Positions 7,164 to 15,284 of a DNA stretch of 32,890 nt are shown here, piece after piece. Source of the stretch: an uncultured bacterium (lineage in GTDB: Bacteria > Actinomycetota > UBA4738 > HRBIN12); NCBI GenBank assembly GCA_967797495.1, contig CBRGMI010000002.1, positions 1 through 32,890 on the forward strand. Reading direction: 5' to 3'. Made by a program: the position numbers and the translations under genes. The notes under the pieces were generated by a model. The model did not search any database. It was not told the origin of the DNA and worked only from the letters and a program-made list of their open reading frames with translations. Position 1 is the first letter of the stretch; every line of letters starts with the position of its first letter.

Positions 7164-8249
7164 TCAGCCCACGCTCGCAGAGCTCGGCTCGGCCAGCGGC
7201 AGCCACGCGCTCACCGTGGTCCCGCGGCCAGGCTCGCTCTGGACCTCGCATGCCCCGCCCGCGAGCTGGGCGCGTTCGATCATCGTCGGCAGCCCGATGT
7301 GGCCGGGTTCGGGCGACTCGATCACGCCGACGTCGAACCCGAGTCCGTCGTCGGTGATCGCCAGCCGCACGCCGCCGTCGAGGGCGGCGAACGACACGCG
7401 GATCCGGGTCGCGGAGGCGTGCTTGCGGGCGTTCGCGATCGCCTCCTGTGCGATCCGGAACAGGATCGCTCGCAGCTCCGGGAGCGGCTCGAACGACAAC
7501 GCGTCCTCGATCTCGGGCACGGGGTCCTCATCGCCCAGGCAGGCGCGCAGGGCGGGGACGAGCCCCTCGCGCTCGAGCGCCGGCGGCCGGAGCTCGAACA
7601 GCAGGTGACGGAGCCTCTCGACCGACGAGCGGATCACGTCGCGCAGATCCTCGGCCTCCTGCCGGAGCTCGGGATCATCGATCTGGCGGGCGAGCATCTC
7701 CGCGCGGATGTCCGCGGCGCTCATCACCTGGATGGGATCGTCGTGGATGTCGGACGCGATCCGCCTGCGCTCTTCCTCCTGCGCGTCCTCGAGCCGCAGG
7801 AGCAGCTGCCGGCGGTCCTCCATCGTTCGCCGCAGGACGTCCATGCTCGTGCGGAGCCGCCCCTCGACGAGCTTGGTCCTCGTGATGTCGGTCATGACGC
7901 CACGCCAAACGGGCGGGTCGTGCTCCGCGCCGCGGATAAGGACGGCCTCGTCGCGGATCCAGACCTCCCGCCCGTCGGCGGCGAGCAGCCGGTACTCCGT
8001 CCGAAACGGATCGCCGGTGCGCATCGACCGGCGATGCTCCTCCAGCACACGTTCTCGGTCGTCCTCGTGGATCCGTTCGACCCACAGGGCGGGGTCGTCG
8101 CGCCACTGCTCGACGGTGAAACCGAGAAGCGGTTCGATCTGCGGGCTCGTGTAGAGGTTCGACGAGCGGTCGTCGTTCGCGTCCACGTACACCACCGCCG
8201 AGATCCCCTCGACGAGGTGCCGGTACGTCAGGACGGAGACCTCGCTCAC
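7164..8249 (-). CDS. Cytoplasmic PAS-domain sensor histidine kinase, HisKA_3 (NarX/DesK-like) class
   Basis: 361 aa with no TM segment. PAS region: TVEQWRDDPALWVERIHEDDRERV...EYRLLAADGREVWIRDEA. H-box: RRIASDIHDDPIQ. ATPase boxes: EAIANARKHA, DDGLGF and GHIGL. Start GTG at 8249 overlaps the upstream stop (GTGA). Confidence 0.85.
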   Translation of the reverse strand: MSEVSVLTYRHLVEGISAVVYVDANDDRSSNLYTSPQIEPLLGFTVEQWRDDPALWVERIHEDDRERVLEEHRRSMRTGDPFRTEYRLLAADGREVWIRDEAVLIRGAEHDPPVWRGVMTDITRTKLVEGRLRTSMDVLRRTMEDRRQLLLRLEDAQEEERRRIASDIHDDPIQVMSAADIRAEMLARQIDDPELRQEAEDLRDVIRSSVERLRHLLFELRPPALEREGLVPALRACLGDEDPVPEIEDALSFEPLPELRAILFRIAQEAIANARKHASATRIRVSFAALDGGVRLAITDDGLGFDVGVIESPEPGHIGLPTMIERAQLAGGACEVQSEPGRGTTVSAWLPLAEPSSASVG

Positions 8250-8725
8250 AGCTTGTACCCGAATCGGCGGAGCAGTTCCCTGCGTTCGGCCTCGTCGGCG
8301 TCGGTCTCCACACCGACCGGCGGGGAGCCGTCGATCACGCCGAGCACGCCGCGGCCCTGCTCGGTCTCGCCGACCACGACCTCGAGCGGGTTCGCGGTCG
8401 CGCAGAAGACCCGGCAGACCTCCGGGACCGCCTTGACCGCGTTCAGGACGTGGACCGGGAACCCCTCGCGCAGAGCGACGACGAACACGTGTCCGGCGCC
8501 GATCACCCGCGCGTTGCGGACGGCGACGTCGACGAGCTCGTCGTCGTTGCCGCTGCGGCGCACGAGCCGGGGCCCGCTCGCCTCGTTGAACGCGATGCCG
8601 AACCTCATGCCCGGGACGTTCACGCAGGCCTCGTGCAGGTCCTCCACCGTCTTGATGAAGTGGGACTGCCCGACGATGACGTTCAGGTCGTCGGGCTTGT
8701 CGAACGGGACGGCCGTGATGTCCAC
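8246..8725 (-). CDS. Adenosine-specific-kinase family protein (Pfam PF04008-like, PAE2307 type)
   Basis: 159 aa. Family signature recalled from memory: VIVGQSHFIKTVEDL, GIAFNEASGPRLVR, GAGHVFVV, ATANP, GRGVLGVIDG and a C-terminal FGYKL. SD GAGGAGG lies upstream of GTG8725. Confidence 0.7.
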   Translation of the reverse strand: MDITAVPFDKPDDLNVIVGQSHFIKTVEDLHEACVNVPGMRFGIAFNEASGPRLVRRSGNDDELVDVAVRNARVIGAGHVFVVALREGFPVHVLNAVKAVPEVCRVFCATANPLEVVVGETEQGRGVLGVIDGSPPVGVETDADEAERRELLRRFGYKL

Positions 8726-8774
8726 CGGCGAACCACCCTCCTCATCGTCGGGCGACCTCGAGGGACCCTGGTCG

Positions 8775-9947
8775 TCAGATCCCTTCGAGCCTGGAGAGTA
8801 GCCCGGCGAGCAGCGAGATTCGAGGAACTACGCTCGACAGGTCGAGCCATTCCTTCGGGCTGTGGTCGTCGCCGCCGATCGGCCCGAGCCCGTCGAGCGA
8901 GGGAACGCCCGCGCCGGAGGTCGTGTTCGCGTCCGACGCGCCGCCGGTCGCCGCGTCCCTGAGCCCGAACCCGAGCTCGCCAGCCACCTCGATCGCGAGC
9001 GCCGCGAGCTTGGCGCCGCCCTCCCCCTTCTCCATGGGCCGGTGCCACCCGTTGCTGATCGTCGCCACGCTCACGTCGGGGACCGTGTGCTCGTTCGCGA
9101 TCGCCTCGACGGCCTCGCCGGCCTCCTCGAACGTGGCCTCCTCGGGGGACCGGACGTCGACCTCGAGCACGCACCGTTCGGCGACGACGTTCGGGCGCGT
9201 GCCGCCGTGCACCATGCCCACGTTCACGGTCACGCCCGGCCAGCGGCCGTTGAGCGCCTGGAGCGCCACCGTCTTGTGGGCGGCCTCCAGGATCGCGCTG
9301 CGGCCGCGTTCGGGCTCGACGCCCGCGTGCGCGGCGCGCCCCTCGATCTCGAGCCGGACGTCGAGCACGCCCTTGCGCGAGGAGACGACGTCGCCGTTCT
9401 CGCGGGCGCCCTCGAGAACCAGGGCCGCGTCGGCCCGTCCCGCCTCGGCCAGGATGGTGTCCCGCGACCAGGGCGACCCGATCTCCTCGTCCGGGTTGCA
9501 GATGTAGGTGATCGTTCCGAACCCGTCGAACCCGGCCGCCTGCAGGACCTCGACCGCGAAGAAGCCGGTCAACAGACCGCCCTTCATGTCGGTCACGCCC
9601 GGCCCGAACGCGCGGTCGCCCTCGATGCGGAAGGGACGTTCGGCGACGGTCCCGGGGTCGAACACGGTGTCGGTGTGGCCGATCATCAGGACCCGAGCGC
9701 GACCACCGCCCTCGAGCCGTCCGATCACGAGGTCGCCGAGCCGCTCCTGCTCGGCGGTGGGTTCGTGCCGCCTCCGCTCGACGGCCCACCCACCGCGCTC
9801 GAACCTCGCCTGGCACATGTCGGCGATCGCGTTCACGCCGTCGGGTGTGTAGGAGCCGCAGTCGACATTCACCATCTCGCGGAGCGCGTCGACGAAGTCG
9901 TCGTAGCGCTTCTCGGCGAGCTCTCGGAGTTCGCGGACGTCCGTCAT
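8775..9947 (-). CDS. M20-family metallopeptidase (carboxypeptidase G2 / glutamate carboxypeptidase-like)
   Basis: Metal and catalytic motifs: GHTDTV, DMKGG and NPDEEIGSP. It has a dimerisation-domain insert and a distal DDH. I prefer ATG9947 (MTDVRELREL) over the track start at 10019. Confidence 0.85.
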   Translation of the reverse strand: MTDVRELRELAEKRYDDFVDALREMVNVDCGSYTPDGVNAIADMCQARFERGGWAVERRRHEPTAEQERLGDLVIGRLEGGGRARVLMIGHTDTVFDPGTVAERPFRIEGDRAFGPGVTDMKGGLLTGFFAVEVLQAAGFDGFGTITYICNPDEEIGSPWSRDTILAEAGRADAALVLEGARENGDVVSSRKGVLDVRLEIEGRAAHAGVEPERGRSAILEAAHKTVALQALNGRWPGVTVNVGMVHGGTRPNVVAERCVLEVDVRSPEEATFEEAGEAVEAIANEHTVPDVSVATISNGWHRPMEKGEGGAKLAALAIEVAGELGFGLRDAATGGASDANTTSGAGVPSLDGLGPIGGDDHSPKEWLDLSSVVPRISLLAGLLSRLEGI

Positions 9948-9978
9948 CGCGCGGAGTATAGGTTCGAGCCCACCGGCA

Positions 9979-12225
9979 TCACGTCCCGCCCCAGACCGCG
10001 CTGTCCTGGTCGCTGGCATCCTCGGTGACGCCGACGGCGACGAACGACAGACTCCGGCGGTGGAAGGGCGTCAATGCCCTGATCGCCTGGTCGTCCGGAG
10101 GCCCCCCGAGATCGTCGATGAGGAATTTGGGGTGCAGCCGCGGGTTCCACGTCCGGCCGTCGGTCGATGTCCACACGGCGGCATCCAGATCCCCGGTCTT
10201 CGCCGAGGCGGTGCCCGAGGCGATGAAGGTGTCGCCCTGCAGGGTGAGACCGAACATCGTCTGGATACCGACACCGACCACGCCCTCCTTCTCGAGCCCG
10301 ACCTTCTCCCATATCTCGCCGTCCGCCGAGATCCACACCGCGGCATCGGAGTCCCCGCCGAGGTCGCACTTGGAGATGTCGTCCTGGCAACCGACGGCGA
10401 CCAGCGGCATCCCCTCCGTGCCGCCGGCGACGGCCTTCATCAGCTGCACCCCGGTCTCGGCGAAGGTCGCGGGGTCGACGCGCGCCCAATCGAGACCGTC
10501 TCTCGAGGTCCAGACCGCCGCGTCGTACGATCCGCCCTCGGTCGTGTACCCGACACTCACGAGTCGGCCACCGGCGTTGTGCACCGACCAGATCTGTTGA
10601 TCTCCCGGAGCCGCAAGATCAGCGTCGTCCACCATCGTCCAGTTCCGACCGTCGGTCGACCTCCACACGGCAGCGTCCTGCGTGTCCTGAGGACCCGTCG
10701 CTCCGGCGGCGATGAGCGTCGAACCGAACGCCGCGAAATCGCGGATCGCCCCCCCGCTCGCCACGAGATCCGGCGAGCTCGAGGGTGTCAGCGTCGCCCC
10801 GCCGTTGGTCGACCACCAGATGGCCGGGACCAGGTCGTCCCAGCCCCCGACGACAAGGACGTCGCCTTCGGGATCGTCGCCCGAGAACTCGGTCACGGCC
10901 ATGGCGCGCTGATCGCCCGGACCGCCGAGCGGCGCCGAATCGGATTGGTCCCACCGCTCCGTGTCGGACGAGGACCACACGGCGGCGTCGTGGTCGAAGG
11001 AGGAGGCACCGTCGTCGTGGCCGACCGCCACGAGGCCCTCGCGGGTCGGTGCCACGTCGTACATCACCTGATCGCCGGGGAGGTCCGGCGCCTTGATCAG
11101 GTTCCAGTTGAGTCTCAGGTTGTCGGCCGGCGCCGTCGCGGGAGGGGTCGTGGTCGTCGTTTGGCCGTTCGTACGTCCGCCGGGGCCGGGACCGAGATCG
11201 GTGCCGCCGCCACCATCGCCGCGACCCGCGAGCAGTAGCGCCCCGACGATCCCCGCGGAAAGGATGACACCGGCGGCGGCGAGCCAGGCGACGCGGCTCC
11301 GAGGGTGCCCGTCGTGGTCCGTCGGCTTGACCAGCACGTCCGTGACGGGTTCGGAAGCCGGGGTCGGAACGTCACGCTCGATGCGCGGCCCCACCGCCGT
11401 CGGCGTCTGGGCGGCTCCGACGAGGGGACCCCTGATGGCTTCGATCAGCCCGCCGCACGAGTGGTACCGGTCCTCCTTCGACTTCGACAACGCCTTGGCG
11501 ATCACGCGGTTCAGGCTCTCCGCGTCCGCGAAGTCCTCGAGCGCGGGAGGCGCGTCGTTCAACTGCCGGTAGATCGTGGCGACCTCGGTGTCCGCACGGA
11601 AAGGGACGCGCCCGGAGAGGCACTGGTACAACACGCAGCCAAGCGAGTAGACGTCGGTTCGCCCGTCGATCGGCTCGCCGGTGATCTGCTCTGGCGCCAC
11701 GTAATCGACCGTGCCCACGAACTGTCCCGTCCGCGTCAACCCGGAGCCCGTCGTGGTGCGCTTGGAGATGCCGAAATCCGAGAGGTACGCACGCTCGAGC
11801 ACGCTTCCGGGGCCTTCCACAAGCACGTTGCCCGGCTTCACGTCCCGATGGACGAGGCCTTGCACGTGCGCGGCATCGAGCCCGCTGGCGACCTGCGAGA
11901 GGATCAGGATCGTCCGCGACGGCTCGAGGGCACCCTCGGTCTGCAGGATCTTGCCGAGATCGCTCCCCTCGACGTACCGCATCGAGATATAGAGGCCGTC
12001 CTCCACCTCGCCGGCGTCGTAGATCGTCACGACGTTGGGATGATCGAGCCCTGCGGCGATCCGCGATTCGCGGATGAATCGCTCACGGAACATCTCGTCC
12101 TCGGCCAGGTGCGGAGCCAGGATCTTCAGGGCGACCCGACGGCCCAGGCGCAGGTGCTCGGCCAGATACACGACGCTAGCGCCACCTCGACCGATGACCT
12201 CCTCGATCCGATGGCCCGCGAACAT
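9979..12225 (-). CDS. Membrane Ser/Thr protein kinase with an extracellular Asp-box (BNR-like) beta-propeller domain
   Basis: Hanks motifs: GRGGASVVY, VALK, HRDVKPGN, DFG and APE. One TM helix (VAWLAAAGVILSAGIVGALLLAG, about 11226-11294) is followed by a Thr/Pro linker. Six repeats of the form DAAVWxSxDGxxW follow. The start is ATG12225 or in-frame GTG12246. The track ORF extension up to 14292 is antisense to the LuxR gene and is an artefact. Confidence 0.85.
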   Translation of the reverse strand: MFAGHRIEEVIGRGGASVVYLAEHLRLGRRVALKILAPHLAEDEMFRERFIRESRIAAGLDHPNVVTIYDAGEVEDGLYISMRYVEGSDLGKILQTEGALEPSRTILILSQVASGLDAAHVQGLVHRDVKPGNVLVEGPGSVLERAYLSDFGISKRTTTGSGLTRTGQFVGTVDYVAPEQITGEPIDGRTDVYSLGCVLYQCLSGRVPFRADTEVATIYRQLNDAPPALEDFADAESLNRVIAKALSKSKEDRYHSCGGLIEAIRGPLVGAAQTPTAVGPRIERDVPTPASEPVTDVLVKPTDHDGHPRSRVAWLAAAGVILSAGIVGALLLAGRGDGGGGTDLGPGPGGRTNGQTTTTTPPATAPADNLRLNWNLIKAPDLPGDQVMYDVAPTREGLVAVGHDDGASSFDHDAAVWSSSDTERWDQSDSAPLGGPGDQRAMAVTEFSGDDPEGDVLVVGGWDDLVPAIWWSTNGGATLTPSSSPDLVASGGAIRDFAAFGSTLIAAGATGPQDTQDAAVWRSTDGRNWTMVDDADLAAPGDQQIWSVHNAGGRLVSVGYTTEGGSYDAAVWTSRDGLDWARVDPATFAETGVQLMKAVAGGTEGMPLVAVGCQDDISKCDLGGDSDAAVWISADGEIWEKVGLEKEGVVGVGIQTMFGLTLQGDTFIASGTASAKTGDLDAAVWTSTDGRTWNPRLHPKFLIDDLGGPPDDQAIRALTPFHRRSLSFVAVGVTEDASDQDSAVWGGT

Positions 12226-12378
12226 CGTGCCGATCCGAGGGTCCACCGCCAGGTTGTAGCACTCCCTCCCAACGGCGAACAGACCGGGTGCCGGGAGGCG
12301 ACGAAGGGTCGACGTCCCTCCGTTTGACCGACTCGGACCGGGGTCCCACGATGGGCACCCGACCATCGGAGCATCGAT

Positions 12379-15123
12379 GTGATCGTTGGGAGAATGGCCG
12401 AGATCGCCTCGATCGCCTCTTTCCTCGACGACGTTCCGGACGGGCCGACTGCCCTCGTGCTCGATGGTGAGCCCGGCATCGGGAAAACCGTCTTGTGGGC
12501 ACGTGCCGTGGAGGATGCCCGCGGGCGGGGCTATCGGGTCATGAGCTGCAGGCCCGCGGGACCCGATGCGCAGTTGTCCTTCGTCGCGCTCGGCGACCTG
12601 TTCTCGGCCGACACGGAGCCGCTGTTCGAGACCTTGCCGGAACCGCAGCGCGAGGCGCTCGAGGTTGCGTTGCTCCGCCGCCATCGGGGCGCGGATACAC
12701 CCGATCCACTCGCAGCGGCCGTCGCGACGCTCGGGGTCGTTCGTGCGGCCACCGCGAAGGCGCCCGCAATCATCGCGATCGACGACGTGCAGTGGCTCGA
12801 CCCCGCGACCGAGCGTGTGCTCGCGTTCGCGCTGCGACGCCTCCCGGCCCAGCCGATCGGCGTCCTCGCGTGCCGTCCGCCGACCGGCGAGCCGACCCCG
12901 CTGGGCCTCGCCGACACGATGGATGGCGAGCGGTTCCGAACGCTCCACGTAGGAGCGCTCGGCGCCCACGAGATCGGCGTCATCGTGCGAGAGCGAACGG
13001 GTGTGACGCTGTCCAAACCCGACGTCGAGCGCCTGGCCGAGCTGTGCGGAGGCAACCCCTTCTACGCCCTGGAGATCGCTCGAGCGCGTGATCGCGGCGA
13101 CGAGGGCGTGACCGGGCAACGTCTCCCGATCCCCAAGGGCCTGCACGAGGACCTCGTTCGAGCGCGCGTCGACAGGGTGTCCTCGACGACGCGGGAAGTC
13201 CTCCTGTTCGCGGCCTCGATCTCCCGCCCGACGACGGAGCTGCTGGGACGCGCGATCCCGGCCACCACGCTGAACCCCGGGCTCCAGGGAGCGATCGATG
13301 CGGGTCTGGTCGAGGTCCTCGGCGCCGACGTGCGGTTCATCCATCCCCTGTACCGCTCTTCCATCTACGCGGACACGTCCCGTCGACGCCGTCACGACGT
13401 GCACGCGCGGCTCGCCGAGATCACGACGGACCCCGAGGAGCGAGCGCGGCATCTCGCGCTGGCGGCCGACGGATCCGACGGGAAGATCGCCGCCGAGGTC
13501 GAGGCGGCCTCGTCGTCGGCCCGCGGCCGAGGCGCCCCCGAGGTCGCCGCCGATCTCGTCGAGCACGCGATCCGGCTCACGCCGAGCGACGATACGGCCT
13601 CCCTGCGCCGGCGCCTGCTCGTGTCCTCCCAAGACCGGATGTCCGCGGGTGACGGGGACGGCGCGCGCGAACGCGCTCGGGAAGCCCTCCGCCTCTCGGA
13701 GCCGGGGGTCGCTCAGGCAGAACCGCTCCGACGGATCGGTGCCAGCGAGTTCGCGCGCGGCGCGCTCGCGGAGGCGAGGGCGACGCTCGCCGAGGCGCTC
13801 GCGCGCGCCGGCGAGGACGACCGTGCGAGCGCCGAGATCCATCGCGAGCTCGCGATGGTCGGCATCCGCTCGGGGGAGGTCGTGGCCGCCGAACGAGACG
13901 CCGCGGCCGCCCTCGAACGGGCGGGTCCCACGGGCGACGCGGAGCTCACGGCGGCGATCGCGACCGCGGCGGCCGAGGTGGACCTGCTCCTCGGGAGGTC
14001 CTCCTCCGACCTCTCGCAGGTCCTCGACGGGCACGTCGCCCTCGACGGTCCCCTGTCTGGATCGCCGGAGCTGGTCGCGGCACTGGCAGAAGCGTTCGCG
14101 GGGCAGCTCGACCGCTCCGAGCGGCGGCTGGAGCGGCTCCGCCGCCAGGCGCGCGACCGTGGCGACGAGCCCGGGCGCCTGCTCGTGACGACGCGACTTG
14201 CGGAGCTCCGAATCCGGGCCGGATCGTGGGATCGGGCGGCGACCCTCGCGCACGAGGCCTACGAGCTCGCCCTCGATCTGGACACAAGCCACGGCCTCCA
14301 GCTCGGCCTCATGGCCTCCGCGGCAGCAGGGAGCGGACGGATCGACGACGCACGTCGGTTCGCCGAGCAGGGGCTGACGAGCGCCACGGTGGACCGACCC
14401 GCGATGATCTGGAACCTCGCGGCGCTCGGGTTCCTCGAGCTCTCACTCGCTCGCTATGCCGACGCGCTTCGCGTGCTCGGGAGGGCGGGGGGCCTCCTCG
14501 CCGAGACCGGCATCGCCGACCCGTCCGCGTTCCCGTTCCTGGCGGACGAGGCCGAGGCGCTGATCGGGGTCGGCGAGCTTTCGACCGCGTCCCGCCGGAT
14601 CGCCGCGCTCGAGGAGGCGAGCGATCGGCTCGATCGAGCCCTGATCAGAGGTCAGGCGGCGCGATGCAGTGGACTCGCGAGCGCGGCGGAGGGCGACATC
14701 CCCGCATCCCTCCGAGAGCTGGAGCGCGCCGTCGAGATCCACGAACGCCTCGGGGTCGCGACCGAACTCGGCCGCTCCCTCCTCGCGCTCGGGATGTCCC
14801 GACGTCGTGACCGGCAGAAGCGCCCCGCTCGCGAGGTCCTCGAGCGTGCGCTCGAGGCATTCACCACCACCGACACGCCTCTGTGGGCGAACCGCGTTCG
14901 CGACGAGATCGCGCGGATCGGTGGCCGGCGTGCATCGGTGGGCGAGCTGACCGAGAGCGAGGCCCAGGTGGCGCGTCTGGCCGCCGCCGGGCTCACGAAC
15001 CGTGAGATCGCGCGGACGCTGTCGATCGGTGTTCGAACCGTCGAGGGTCACCTGTCACACGTCTACACGAAGCTCGAGATCCGATCGCGCACCGAGCTGG
15101 CGGCGTTCGATCTCGACGTCTGA
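12379..15123 (+). CDS. LAL-type (large ATP-binding LuxR family, MalT-like STAND) transcriptional regulator
   Basis: 914 aa. Walker A is GEPGIGKT. A long helical, TPR-like middle region follows. The C-terminal LuxR/FixJ HTH is LTESEAQVARLAAAGLTNREIARTLSIGVRTVEGHLSHVYTKL. Start is GTG12379 with GGAG 7 nt upstream. Confidence 0.85.
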   Translation: MIVGRMAEIASIASFLDDVPDGPTALVLDGEPGIGKTVLWARAVEDARGRGYRVMSCRPAGPDAQLSFVALGDLFSADTEPLFETLPEPQREALEVALLRRHRGADTPDPLAAAVATLGVVRAATAKAPAIIAIDDVQWLDPATERVLAFALRRLPAQPIGVLACRPPTGEPTPLGLADTMDGERFRTLHVGALGAHEIGVIVRERTGVTLSKPDVERLAELCGGNPFYALEIARARDRGDEGVTGQRLPIPKGLHEDLVRARVDRVSSTTREVLLFAASISRPTTELLGRAIPATTLNPGLQGAIDAGLVEVLGADVRFIHPLYRSSIYADTSRRRRHDVHARLAEITTDPEERARHLALAADGSDGKIAAEVEAASSSARGRGAPEVAADLVEHAIRLTPSDDTASLRRRLLVSSQDRMSAGDGDGARERAREALRLSEPGVAQAEPLRRIGASEFARGALAEARATLAEALARAGEDDRASAEIHRELAMVGIRSGEVVAAERDAAAALERAGPTGDAELTAAIATAAAEVDLLLGRSSSDLSQVLDGHVALDGPLSGSPELVAALAEAFAGQLDRSERRLERLRRQARDRGDEPGRLLVTTRLAELRIRAGSWDRAATLAHEAYELALDLDTSHGLQLGLMASAAAGSGRIDDARRFAEQGLTSATVDRPAMIWNLAALGFLELSLARYADALRVLGRAGGLLAETGIADPSAFPFLADEAEALIGVGELSTASRRIAALEEASDRLDRALIRGQAARCSGLASAAEGDIPASLRELERAVEIHERLGVATELGRSLLALGMSRRRDRQKRPAREVLERALEAFTTTDTPLWANRVRDEIARIGGRRASVGELTESEAQVARLAAAGLTNREIARTLSIGVRTVEGHLSHVYTKLEIRSRTELAAFDLDV

Positions 15124-15136
15124 TCCCGAACTCCGC

Positions 15137-15150
15137 GTGACATAGGTCAC
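15137..15150. promoter_or_regulatory. Inverted repeat GTGAC-ATAG-GTCAC downstream of the LuxR gene and upstream of the sulfatase
   Basis: 5-4-5 palindrome read directly, 14 nt after the LuxR stop. Function is unknown; it could be an operator or a small hairpin. Confidence 0.25.
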
Positions 15151-15284
15151 CTCTCCGCAGAGCGCCACCTGTCGATCGGCGCGGCATGCGTCGCAAACAC
15201 GCGTGATCCCTCGGGTTTCTCGGCAACCCGCCCTCCCTAGCGTCGGCCGCGTGAAGCCAACGCTCACCGAGGGAGGTGGAACCG

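Noticed and set aside
12226-14292. N-terminal 690 aa of the 1437-aa minus-strand ORF (9979..14292), which would make a giant kinase
   Set aside because: This part is exactly antisense to the well-supported LAL/LuxR gene. It is Arg/Gly/Glu/Asp-rich with no recognisable domain. The kinase domain begins cleanly at MFAGHRIEEVIGRGG (ATG12225). Stop-free antisense frames are expected at this GC content.
12379-15123. LAL STAND NTPase considered as an Avs/antiviral-STAND-like defence gene
   Set aside because: The C-terminus is a standard LuxR HTH rather than a nuclease, protease or other effector. The architecture matches MalT/LAL transcription regulators, and the neighbours are signalling and metabolic genes. 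There is no defence-island context.
15170-15195. Second TGTCGA hexamer upstream of the sulfatase as a possible ECF42 target promoter
   Set aside because: Only the -35-like hexamer is present. The nearest CGTC is 13 nt away (too short), and no CGAC or CGTC occurs at 16-18 nt spacing. Other TGTCGA copies that I noticed lie inside coding regions.
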